Assembly: GCA_965200315.1 (NCBI GenBank)
Contig: OZ241362.1
Span: forward strand, 3,456,001-3,520,000
Source of the DNA: Candidatus Latescibacterota bacterium
GTDB taxonomy: Bacteria; Latescibacterota; UBA2968; UBA8231
Direction: 5' to 3'
Length of the DNA stretch: 64,000 nt
Made by a program: the position numbers and the translations under genes. Each line of letters starts with the position of its first letter. Positions within the stretch are counted from its first letter, which is position 1. The notes below the pieces were generated by a model. It saw only the letters and a program-made list of their open reading frames with translations. It had not been told where the DNA came from and did not search any database. Positions 51,201 through 59,691 of this stretch are shown in pieces.

Positions 51201-51334
51201 TGTCTCCATTAAGCGTAGTGCCCGCTCTGTCGGGTCACTTGCTGAATAAAATAGCCTTTCTTCGGCACAGGGGTGGCTCCCTGGCGCCCGGCAAATAGGC
51301 AGGACTTCTCACTTCACTACGCGAGATGGAGACA
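51201..51334 (+). ncRNA. Candidate structured RNA / 5' leader of unknown family
   Basis: TGTCTCCATTAAGCGTAGTG pairs with CACTACGCGAGATGGAGACA (17 of 20 positions, one 3x3 internal loop) and encloses hairpins CCCG/CGGG, GCTGAA/TTCGGC, CAGGG/CCCTG; begins at the predicted TSS. Confidence 0.45.
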
Positions 51335-51392
51335 TGGCCTGGCACCCTGCGAGGTCAGTGGCTCCTTATACCCTATTCTTGTGGAGGGAAGT

Positions 51393-51542
51393 ATGGAAGT
51401 TCTGACCAAAAGTTATCTCCCATATAATATCTCTCAAGTGGGTCAGAGCATCTGGAAACGAGGGTATCTCTTCGTCAAAAAATGCTTGACGCCAAAGGGC
51501 CAACGGGGTTTTACACAACGCTTCTTACGGGGGGTGACATGA
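51393..51542 (+). CDS. Small basic ORF (49 aa), possible leader peptide
   Basis: GGAGGG RBS; its stop overlaps the next ATG (ATGA). Confidence 0.35.
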   Translation: MEVLTKSYLPYNISQVGQSIWKRGYLFVKKCLTPKGQRGFTQRFLRGVT

Positions 51543-51652
51543 GATGGTTTTTCATCTTTATCGGTACGTCCTTTATCGTGGTATTAATCGGTTTTCTTTA
51601 TAGTAAAATTGCCTCACGTCTCCTTAATAAGAAGTACAAAAAAAATGAATAG
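51539..51652 (+). CDS. 37-aa single-TM peptide with a basic tail
   Basis: MRWFFIFIGTSFIVVLIGFLYSKIASRLLNKKYKKNE; GGGGGTG RBS; below the ORF-track size cutoff. Confidence 0.55.
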   Translation: MRWFFIFIGTSFIVVLIGFLYSKIASRLLNKKYKKNE

Positions 51653-51740
51653 AAGGTCAATTCCCAGTTTCATCTATAACCTCTTATCCTTTTGTATCAT
51701 GTGGTAAGCCCGCACTCACCATTTCTCTAGGAGTAATCCC

Positions 51741-52874
51741 ATGGCTAAAAATAAGGCTTCGGATGATTTGCAATTTGAACCTGATCTTGGAGGTTACGAA
51801 AAAGCGTTCGAGGAATCTTTTACAAGAGAAAACGAGAAGTTTGAGGAAATCAAGAGGCAAAAATTAATTATATCAATGTACGGTAGTGTGAATAGTGGAA
51901 AATCTACCACTATCAATGCTCTTACTGGCCGCAAACTGGCCGATGTAAAGGCTGTAGCAGGTTGGACTAAAGAGATTCGGTTGTATGAATTCAGCCGAAA
52001 TGTCTATATCACCGATACACCTGGACTAGATGATGTCAACGAGGAGAATAGTGCCCGAGCACAAGAATTTGTCGAAAAGGATACAGATATCATCCTTTTC
52101 TTTTTTAACGCCAGTGTCGGTGCTTCAAAGTCCACAGTTGATGCTTATAAAGAATTACAGAAACTCGGGAAACCAATCATTCCCGTGCTGAACAAGATTG
52201 ATTCACTCACCTTTGATGAACGGGAGGAAGTGGCGGAAGATATAAAAAACAGGACGGGTGCTCGGGTTGTGTCTATCTCCGCTCGCGACAATAGCGGCAT
52301 TGACGTTTTAAACCGAAAAATAGTGGAAATGCTGGAGTCTGTGGGAAAGGAATTACTCTACCTAAAAATCTCAAAATATAAAGACGAACAAGTAGATATA
52401 TGGATAATGGGCGCAGCAACCACTGCTGCAGGCCTTGGTGCAATTCCCGTACCGGGTGCAGATATACTCCCATTAACTACGCTGCAAGTTGGTCTTGCAC
52501 TAAAGATAGCGCATGTATATGAATGCGAAGTGACTAAAAAGGATGTGATGCAATTGGTCGCCGCTACAGTAACGGGAGGGCTTGGGCGACAAGTTTATCG
52601 TTGGGGCATTCAAGGCTTGAAAGGGTTGGGGTGGCTTGGAGGACCTATTGGTGGAGGAGCTGTTATGGCTTTAGCCGCCAGCGTTGCGGCATCGGTCACT
52701 TATGGCTTTGGCCAGACGTGTAAGGCATATTACAAAAGCGGAATGGCGTTTGATTTAGATGAAGCTGGTGAGATGTTCAAAAAATATGCCGCCGTTGCCC
52801 TTTCAACTCTCCGCCTCGACGAGGGGTTAGCGGCGGCCCTACGCGCACTTTTGTCGCTTAAAAATAAATCCTAA
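51741..52874 (+). CDS. TRAFAC GTPase with C-terminal DUF697/YcjF-like hydrophobic domain; last ~25 aa probably non-native
   Basis: G1 GSVNSGKS, G3 DTPG, G4 NKID, G5 SAR; AAGLGAIPVPGADILPL..LQ; AT-rich except the final GC-rich ~60 bp. Confidence 0.85.
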   Translation: MAKNKASDDLQFEPDLGGYEKAFEESFTRENEKFEEIKRQKLIISMYGSVNSGKSTTINALTGRKLADVKAVAGWTKEIRLYEFSRNVYITDTPGLDDVNEENSARAQEFVEKDTDIILFFFNASVGASKSTVDAYKELQKLGKPIIPVLNKIDSLTFDEREEVAEDIKNRTGARVVSISARDNSGIDVLNRKIVEMLESVGKELLYLKISKYKDEQVDIWIMGAATTAAGLGAIPVPGADILPLTTLQVGLALKIAHVYECEVTKKDVMQLVAATVTGGLGRQVYRWGIQGLKGLGWLGGPIGGGAVMALAASVAASVTYGFGQTCKAYYKSGMAFDLDEAGEMFKKYAAVALSTLRLDEGLAAALRALLSLKNKS

Positions 52875-52937
52875 GCGTTGAAGTGCATTTTGGGCTTTCT
52901 GCGACGAGATGCCAGAGGGAATTTTAGGATTAGGCAA
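52839..52937 (-). pseudogene. hicA: HicA toxin truncated just before the catalytic GSH motif
   Basis: TTG start overlapping the hicB stop: MPNPKIPSGISSQKAQNALQRLGFIFKRQK|CA*. Confidence 0.7.
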
Positions 52938-53127
52938 GGTGCAACTCTCTCTGATGGCTTTCTGTAACTTCTTCTAAGTAGAGAGATACGGCTTCTTTGA
53001 GATTGTTAAAAGCCTCTTCCTCATCCTTGCCTTGGCTGGCTATTCCGATCTGAGGACAATGAGATACGTACAGTCCTTTTTTCTCTTTATAGATTTCAGC
53101 CGTTAGGATTGTTCCTTGTTTCGACAT
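52930..53127 (-). CDS. hicB: Short HicB-family antitoxin
   Basis: YVSHCPQIGIASQGKDEEEAFNNLKEAVSLYLE; AAGGAG RBS. Confidence 0.88.
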   Translation of the reverse strand: MSKQGTILTAEIYKEKKGLYVSHCPQIGIASQGKDEEEAFNNLKEAVSLYLEEVTESHQRELHLA

Positions 53128-53253
53128 AAGCAACTCCTTTCTTTGGGATAAGTAATTAGAACAGACTTCACCCGGCGACTCCATAGGGAGGGTGGGGTTG
53201 GGCGAATTTAGAAGGTGCTCTTTTCCTTAGCAAGTTGGGCCATTTTTCCCTTG

Positions 53254-53268
53254 GCAAAACCCGTGCCA
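53254..53268 (-). promoter_or_regulatory. Sigma54-like -24/-12 promoter pointing at hicB
   Basis: Minus strand TGGCACGGGTTTTGC matches TGGCACG-N4-TTGC with correct spacing. Confidence 0.5.
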
Positions 53269-53353
53269 AAAGCGCGGTTTTTTCGTACTAGCCCACTACC
53301 CGAGTTTTGCGTTGCGTGGGATGGATGTAGCCTGCGTAATAAGCTGACCAGAG

Positions 53354-54190
53354 CTAATCCTCGCGGCGCGGCCGGACCACAGTTTCACCGTCCGGTTCGA
53401 TGAGGGGATGGTGGTAGATGTAAGGCGGCTCGAGTACCGCCTGTTGCGCCTCGGTCAATTCCGCCACCCATGCTGGCTGCGCGACCTCGTACGTACCGCC
53501 GTCGTAGTGCAGGTACTTTGGCGTGTACCGATAGAGCAGGGCGCGGCGGTCGTGGTCCGCCTGCCACGGCAGGGTGCCGTGCAAGGTGTTCTCGCTAAAG
53601 ATGACCATGTCGCCGGCCTTCAGGGGCACTTGGTAAACGACCTCTTGGTGCTCTTCCCAAGTGGTGATTTTTGGAGGGCAGGAAAAGTTCGCCTTATGGC
53701 TGCCCGGAATGACGCAGAGGCCGCCGTCACCGGGGTTTTGGTCGTGCAGCGTGTACTGGACGACGAGCAGGCCACAGCGCATCTGGCCGTTGGAGTACGC
53801 GTAGAAGCGGGAGCCATTGAAGAGGACGTTGGTGGTGCCGTGGATGCGCAGGCCCTCGATCCCCTTGGAACCGGTGATCATAAACGGCTCGTGGTCGAGC
53901 TTCCAGCCGCGTCCGTGTAGGGTGTCGAGGTAAGGCAGGAGTTTGCGGTGTGCAAGCAGGTCGCGGAAGGGCTGGCAATGGGGCTGCTCCCAAGTGAGCA
54001 TGCCGGTGAAAATGCTGCGCTTGTTCAGCCCGGCCATGTTGCCGCTGGGATCGCCGATTGGGTCTTCGCGGCACTGGTCCCGGTTGGCGTCGAAAGCGTC
54101 GTTGAGTGCTTTGACTTCGCCCGGCGAGAGAAACCCGCGGACGACGATGAAGCCCTGCAAGTCGAAGAGAAATTTTTCAGTGTCGTTCAC
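53354..54190 (-). CDS. PhyH-family Fe(II)/2OG dioxygenase
   Basis: FDLQGFIVV, GGLCVIPGSHK, AGDMVIFSENTLHGT, RRALLY. Confidence 0.88.
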   Translation of the reverse strand: MNDTEKFLFDLQGFIVVRGFLSPGEVKALNDAFDANRDQCREDPIGDPSGNMAGLNKRSIFTGMLTWEQPHCQPFRDLLAHRKLLPYLDTLHGRGWKLDHEPFMITGSKGIEGLRIHGTTNVLFNGSRFYAYSNGQMRCGLLVVQYTLHDQNPGDGGLCVIPGSHKANFSCPPKITTWEEHQEVVYQVPLKAGDMVIFSENTLHGTLPWQADHDRRALLYRYTPKYLHYDGGTYEVAQPAWVAELTEAQQAVLEPPYIYHHPLIEPDGETVVRPRRED

Positions 54191-54220
54191 GTCGATTCTG
54201 ACCTCCTATCAGTTGTTGAA

Positions 54221-55393
54221 TCACCCACTCCGCCCCAAGCGCACGTCCTCGGCCGCCAGCCACTCGGAGTAGGGGCGCGGCATAGGATCAGGGGCGGGCA
54301 GGCCGTTTTCGCGCCGCCAGCGCAAGAGGGGATGGGTGCGGTCCTGCTGGGGCAAACCTACTCGTTTGCCGTACGCGGCGGACTCGAAGATGCCCATCAT
54401 AATTTCTACGATGTGATGGCCGGCTTGGCCGCTGCATTCGTGTTCGCGGCCTTCGTCGAGTGCCGCGACGTATTCCTCTACATAGGCGTAGTCGTCTGGG
54501 TGGGCCGAACTCTGCGGATCGTAGCTCTCGCAGTAGATAGGCGAAAGCACTTCCCACGGTTCTCTTGCGTTGTTGAGGGCGTAGTGCGGCTGCGGCAGCA
54601 GGAACGCGCCGAGGTCCCTTTTCCAGACGAGCTGGGAGAGCACTAAGCGGCCTTCGCTGCCGCAGAATTCTATCACCGGATTGACCGAGGTGGGAAAGCG
54701 GTGTTGCAGGAGGGTTGCGGTGACGCCGTCGGCAAAGCTGAGCGTCGCCGTGATGTGCTCGCCAGCGATGGTGCCCATGCCCTGCGGCGAGGGCACCACA
54801 TCCGTCGGGGTGATGGGGCGACCAGCGGTGGTGGCCGTGGCCACGACGCTGTGGCACGGGCCGGCGACCTTGAGCATGTTGTTGATCATGTGTGTACCAA
54901 TGTTCATCAGATTGTAGCCGCCGTAGTAGTTCTTGCCGTGGCCGTGGATGTGGCGCAACTGGCCGATGCGCCCTTCGGCAAGGGCTTTGGCCACGGCTTT
55001 CATATAGACGCCGACGCGCCCTTGATGATGCACGGCGATGCGTGCGTTTTTTTTCTGGCCCTTGGCTAGCACTTCGTCGGCCTGCTGGCAATCGACGCAC
55101 AGGGGTTTTTCAATGTCGATGTGGACGCCGTATTCGAGTGTGCGTAGTGCCAGCGGGTGGTGGAATTCCGTGCCAGTGGGAATGGCGATGATGTCGGGTT
55201 GGTGCTGGCCGATCATCGCGTCTAGATCGGTGTAGCGGGCTGCGACCCCGAGTTCGTCGCCTAGGGTGTTGAGCCGGTCTTGCACGAGGTCGCAGAGAGC
55301 GACGATTTCCGTGCGGGGGTGGGCGTGGTACGCGCGTGCTGCGGCCGTGCCGCGGCCCCGGCAACCCAGTATGGCCACGCGATAGGTTTTCAT
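54221..55393 (-). CDS. Gfo/Idh/MocA-family oxidoreductase
   Basis: AILGCRGRG, IEKPL, NIGTH. Confidence 0.88.
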   Translation of the reverse strand: MKTYRVAILGCRGRGTAAARAYHAHPRTEIVALCDLVQDRLNTLGDELGVAARYTDLDAMIGQHQPDIIAIPTGTEFHHPLALRTLEYGVHIDIEKPLCVDCQQADEVLAKGQKKNARIAVHHQGRVGVYMKAVAKALAEGRIGQLRHIHGHGKNYYGGYNLMNIGTHMINNMLKVAGPCHSVVATATTAGRPITPTDVVPSPQGMGTIAGEHITATLSFADGVTATLLQHRFPTSVNPVIEFCGSEGRLVLSQLVWKRDLGAFLLPQPHYALNNAREPWEVLSPIYCESYDPQSSAHPDDYAYVEEYVAALDEGREHECSGQAGHHIVEIMMGIFESAAYGKRVGLPQQDRTHPLLRWRRENGLPAPDPMPRPYSEWLAAEDVRLGRSG

Positions 55394-55414
55394 AGAAATC
55401 TCCTAGTCTGAGTG

Positions 55415-55464
55415 TTGGAAGTCGAGAAGTCGACGCCTATATTGAGCGTGGTTCGCCTCGGCGC
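55415..55464 (+). promoter_or_regulatory. Promoter block TTGGAA-17-TATATT, duplicated at 56929-56978
   Basis: Same -35/-10 and 32/41 identity over the downstream 41 bp. Confidence 0.55.
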
Positions 55465-55513
55465 CAAAGGGTGCTGAGGTATTATAACAAAATGTGGTAC
55501 TAAGGAGAAAAAT

Positions 55514-56395
55514 ATGGGACAGTTCCACGGCGTGGTGCCGGCGATTATCAGTCCAAAAAACGAGGATGGCACCTTAAACGAAGCGGCCTTCCGCGCCACA
55601 ATGGAGTTCAATATACAAGCCGGCGTACACGGATTTTGGGTCGCCGGCGGCACTGGCGAGAGCGTCCTGCTCGACGACGAGGAAAACCAGCGCATCGCCG
55701 AAATCGCCGCCGACCAGAACGCGGGACGCACCCAAGTCATCATGCACGTGGGGGCCAACACTACGGCACGGGCCGAAAAACTGGCGGCCCACGCAGCCCA
55801 AACCGGCGTGGAAGCCGTCTGTGCGGTGCCGCCCTTTTTCTACCAAGGCGACGATGATGGCGTGGTAGCATACTATCGGGCCGTGGGGGCTGCGGCCGAC
55901 CGGCCGTTGTTCATCTACAATTTGCCTGGCTGCACCGGTCTCGATGTCGGCCCGGCCCTAATGCAGCGTCTAGTCGAGGAAGTAACCCAAACTGTCGGTT
56001 TGAAACACTCGTCGCCGATATTCGCCAATCTGCTCGAATTCGTCGGCATGGGGCTAGCCGCCTTTATCGGCAGCGGCAAGCTAATGTTGCCGGCCATGAC
56101 CGTCGGGGCTGTCGGGTCGGTTGATGGTCCTTTGTGCGCGGCCCCAGAACTGTGGATGGCCATTTGGAATGCCTACCAAGCGGGCGATTTGGCCGCCGCA
56201 AAACAAGCTCAGGAACGGGCTAATGCTTTTCACCGCACGGTGACGCAATTCGGCTATTTCGGCAGCGTCTTGGCCGTGGTCAGTCAGCGCATCGGGATGG
56301 AGTGCGGCGACCCCCGGCGTCCGTTGCGATCTGTGCGCCCCGATGAGCGCGAGACGCTGTTGGCGCAGGCGGAGGCTCTTGGGCTTAGCCGTTGA
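55514..56395 (+). CDS. DHDPS/N-acetylneuraminate lyase-family aldolase
   Basis: GGTGE, IYNLP..TG, GLKHS Schiff-base Lys. Confidence 0.9.
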   Translation: MGQFHGVVPAIISPKNEDGTLNEAAFRATMEFNIQAGVHGFWVAGGTGESVLLDDEENQRIAEIAADQNAGRTQVIMHVGANTTARAEKLAAHAAQTGVEAVCAVPPFFYQGDDDGVVAYYRAVGAAADRPLFIYNLPGCTGLDVGPALMQRLVEEVTQTVGLKHSSPIFANLLEFVGMGLAAFIGSGKLMLPAMTVGAVGSVDGPLCAAPELWMAIWNAYQAGDLAAAKQAQERANAFHRTVTQFGYFGSVLAVVSQRIGMECGDPRRPLRSVRPDERETLLAQAEALGLSR

Positions 56396-56490
56396 GTTCG
56401 CGGGCGACGAAAAGATTAGAAAAAATAAAAAGGGGATGAGGTGTGTTGAACCTCGTCCCCTTTTTTGCTGCCTTGCCGGTATGCAGAGCG

Positions 56491-56765
56491 CTAGTGGCCG
56501 ATGTGGTTTTTGATGCGGCCCCAAGTGGTGTATTCTATGGCGGTTCCTGTGTCGGCAAAGGAGTCTGGGTAGTTTTCGATGTCCGTGGTCAGCAGGCACA
56601 GGGCGTCGGCAGCTTGGCCTGCATCTCCCAATCGTCTTCCATGCCGTCGATGTTGATGGCGAGCGGGTCGGGAACGGTGGGCAGGAAATTGGTTAGGCCA
56701 TTGTGGCCGAAGGCAGTGCCGGTAAAGGCGACTGCGAGGATGAGCAACAGCCTTGCGCGTTTCAT
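56491..56765 (-). pseudogene. Secreted protein collapsed by internal deletion: signal peptide + IDG..DDW start + C-terminal TAIEYTTWGRIK motif
   Basis: N-terminal part (MKRARLLLILAVAF..INIDGMEDDW) and C-terminal part are in different frames within 275 bp. Confidence 0.6.
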
Positions 56766-56928
56766 CCGATCGCCTTTGCAGAGTGAACGATATGGGGTGC
56801 CCACAGAAGGACATCCATATTGTTAAGGGCAGGCTATGGAAACGATAGGGGATAGAGGGGTTTTTTGTCGAGTTTTAGCGGTTTTTCCCCGACAAAAGGA
56901 GGGGAAGCAGGTGGTCTTGTATGCTATT

Positions 56929-56978
56929 TTGGAAGGAGAGAAATCCAAACCTATATTGAATCTGATCCGCCTCGGCGC
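56929..56978 (+). promoter_or_regulatory. Second copy of the TTGGAA-17-TATATT promoter block, upstream of the sugar ABC operon
   Basis: See 55415-55464. Confidence 0.55.
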
Positions 56979-57021
56979 GCCGTTGCCGAGCAAACGTTTT
57001 AACCGATAGAAAGGAACGCCA

Positions 57022-57951
57022 ATGTTTAAGACGAGGATGGTTGCGCTTGCCAGCGCACTGCTGGCACTGAATGCGCCGTTAGCCGAGGCCAAAACCTTTT
57101 ATTGGATTTCGCACGGCTCGCCCGCCGACCCGGTGTGGACCTACTTTCTGGCTGGCGCACGTCAGTGGCAACAAGATACCGGACACGAGGTCAACACGTC
57201 CTTCCACAACGGCGACGTGGCTTCCCATCAGGAGGCTGTGCGCGCTGCTATTGCCGCTGGGGCCGACGGCATTGTCACCAGCAGCCCCGACCCGGGCAGT
57301 TTGGTGCGAGTGGCCAACGAAGCCAACGAAGCCAACATACCCATCATCAACATGAACACGCCCGACCCCACCGCCAGTTTTGACGCTTATGTTGGGGGCG
57401 ACCTAGTAGCGGTCGGTCGGCAGTGGGCGCAGTACTTGGTTGACAAGGGCTTGGTCGAATCCGGCGACTTCGTGTGGTTGCCGGTGGAAGTTCTTGGCGC
57501 GACCTATGGAGTCCAAGAGGAACAAGGCGTCGCCAGCGTCTTTGAGCCGTTGGGCATCACGTGGGAAGTCACCGACGCTACCCTCGACCAAGCCGAAGTC
57601 ATCGCTCGCATGGTCGATTACATGACCGCCAACTACGACAAAATCGACGCGATCATCGGCCTCGGCGACTTGGTGACCGGCAGCATCAAGCGCGTGTTCG
57701 ACCAGTGCGGTATCGCGCCCGGGGAGATTCCGGTCGTCGGCTGGGGCAATTCCCTCGACACGACCCAAGAGGTGCTAGCCGGATACGTGAATGCCGCCCA
57801 GTGGCAAGACCCGCATGCGACTAGCTACGTGGCCCTGTCGTTGGCGGCCATGGCAGCGAGCGGCATCCCCCCGGGCTTTGACGTGATCACCGGCATGCTC
57901 TACGAGGCCGATAAGGCCCAGCTATACGACGACATCCTGTCGGGCAAATAG
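57022..57951 (+). CDS. Sugar ABC transporter substrate-binding protein (RbsB-like)
   Basis: Signal peptide, AIAAGADGI, IPIINMN, YVGGD. Confidence 0.9.
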   Translation: MFKTRMVALASALLALNAPLAEAKTFYWISHGSPADPVWTYFLAGARQWQQDTGHEVNTSFHNGDVASHQEAVRAAIAAGADGIVTSSPDPGSLVRVANEANEANIPIINMNTPDPTASFDAYVGGDLVAVGRQWAQYLVDKGLVESGDFVWLPVEVLGATYGVQEEQGVASVFEPLGITWEVTDATLDQAEVIARMVDYMTANYDKIDAIIGLGDLVTGSIKRVFDQCGIAPGEIPVVGWGNSLDTTQEVLAGYVNAAQWQDPHATSYVALSLAAMAASGIPPGFDVITGMLYEADKAQLYDDILSGK

Positions 57952-58932
57952 ATGAACGCGGCCGTACAGCGCATTCTGTCGCGCCCCGAATGCGGGCCGT
58001 TGGTCCTGCTGGTTGCCATGATCTTCGTCTTTTGGCAGCTCAATCCGGCGTTTCTATCGCCGCGCAACATCGGCAACATGCTGGCCTTCACGGTGGAGCT
58101 GGGGCTGATCGCGCTGGCCATGACCTTGCTGATGACGGCCGGCGAATTCGACCTTTCGGTCGGCTCGCTGTTCGGGTTCTGCCCGGTGCTCATGTGGACC
58201 CTGTACAACACGGGGACTGCGTCCATTGAGGTCGGCTTTATCCTCGCCTTGGGTGCGGCCGCGGCTCTCGGCCTGTGCAGCGGCCTGTTCGTCACGCGCC
58301 TGCGGATTCCCTCGTTCTTAGTGACGCTCGGCATGTTGTTGGTTGTGCGAGGCAGCGCGCTGGTGGTGACGAGCGGGTTTCCGCAGCGGACTTGGGACGC
58401 TGCCGATCTCTTGCTCGCCAAGGTGCTGGTCGGGGATTTCAACATGGCCGGCCTGCGCGTGTACATGTCGCTGTTTTGGTTTGTGGCGGCTGCGCTGTTG
58501 CTCGGCTATTTGCTGACGCAGACCAAGATGGGGAACTGGCTCCAAGCTGCGGGCGGCAATGCCGAAGCCGCGCGCGCCCGCGGGGTGGCCGTAGAGCGCA
58601 CCAAGGTCAAGCTGTTTGTCCTCTCGGCCGTCATGGCGGGTTTCGCTGGCATCATCAGTTCCATTCGCACGGCCGCGGCTAACCCCAACAGCGGCACGGG
58701 CTACGAGCTGGAGGTCATCGCCATGGTGGTGATTGGCGGGACGGCCCTGACGGGCGGGCGCGGCACGATCATCGGCACGGTGCTCGGCGTGTTCATCTTG
58801 CGTCTGATGCGCAACGGCATTGTGCTCATCGGCGTACCTGGATTGGCGTACAACATTTTCATCGGCGCGATCATCTTGGCTATGATGGCTCTGCATTCGT
58901 GGGTTGATCGTCGGCGACAGGAAAGGTACTAG
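57952..58932 (+). CDS. Sugar ABC transporter permease (RbsC-like)
   Basis: GEFDLSVGS, IPSFLVTLG, GGNAEAAR, YELEVIAMVVIGGTALTGG.G. Confidence 0.93.
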   Translation: MNAAVQRILSRPECGPLVLLVAMIFVFWQLNPAFLSPRNIGNMLAFTVELGLIALAMTLLMTAGEFDLSVGSLFGFCPVLMWTLYNTGTASIEVGFILALGAAAALGLCSGLFVTRLRIPSFLVTLGMLLVVRGSALVVTSGFPQRTWDAADLLLAKVLVGDFNMAGLRVYMSLFWFVAAALLLGYLLTQTKMGNWLQAAGGNAEAARARGVAVERTKVKLFVLSAVMAGFAGIISSIRTAAANPNSGTGYELEVIAMVVIGGTALTGGRGTIIGTVLGVFILRLMRNGIVLIGVPGLAYNIFIGAIILAMMALHSWVDRRRQERY

Positions 58933-59201
58933 GCGATGACTACGGCACTGGTATGATTCGATTTATTCATTTTTCTGGATTAGAGATAAGCAAAAGATCG
59001 GGCACTGCTGCTCGGGTCGCATAGGGGTTTTGGGTACTCGTTTAATGACCCTCCGAATAAGCCATTTTCGTTGACGATGGGAGTTTTTCTCGTTAGAGTA
59101 CTAATTAACAAATGGCAGGTTTCGGGATGTCGGATTGTCTCTTGGCAAATTCCCGCCGTGCTCATCTGATCTTGGATTGTTGGAAGGCACAGGAGAAACG
59201 T

Positions 59202-59414
59202 ATGAAGTCAATAGACTCCTTCAAAATAGATAAGAGCGTCCTTTCAATTGTATCCCTTTCTGAAGCATCAGACGAAAGGGAATACTGGCACTCGAAAACG
59301 CCGCATGAACGCCTGGAATCCATTGAATTGATGCGGCAAATTAACTATGGCTATGATCCAACTACCACCCGACTTCAAAGAGTTCTTGAAGTTGCTCAAC
59401 TCACATCGAGTTGA
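59202..59414 (+). CDS. Small protein typically paired with a downstream nucleotidyltransferase (antitoxin-like)
   Basis: YWHSKTPHERLESIELMRQINYG..RLQRVLEV; AGGAG RBS; AT-rich insert within the ABC operon. Confidence 0.65.
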   Translation: MKSIDSFKIDKSVLSIVSLSEASDEREYWHSKTPHERLESIELMRQINYGYDPTTTRLQRVLEVAQLTSS

Positions 59415-59588
59415 GTATCTGCTCTTTTGACGACAATATCAGGTGTTGGTTTTGACGCTTGTTATTCAGAACGAATTGTTGATGTGATTGATAATGTCGA
59501 AGTTCACATTATCAATCTGAAACATTTGAAGCAGAACAAGCAAGCGAGTGGCAGGCATAAAGATTTGGATGACTTACAGTACCTTTGA
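59347..59588 (+). pseudogene. Nucleotidyltransferase-like protein with its catalytic core deleted
   Basis: DFKEFLKLLNSHRVEYLL joined out of frame to TTISGVGF..NKQASGRHKDLDDL; the GG..A..D.D region is absent. Confidence 0.7.
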
Positions 59589-59691
59589 AGCGTTCTAACA
59601 TTCCTGGTTGGGTCTCCATCCGCTGGGAACGAGGGCGTCTCGCCCGCGAAAAACGCTGAACGCCAAGGCTTCTTTGAGAGCTTATATACCG

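Noticed and set aside
51201-51334. Retron msr-msd (a1/a2 inverted repeats)
   Set aside because: No reverse transcriptase in the window and no long msd hairpin; kept only as an unknown structured RNA.
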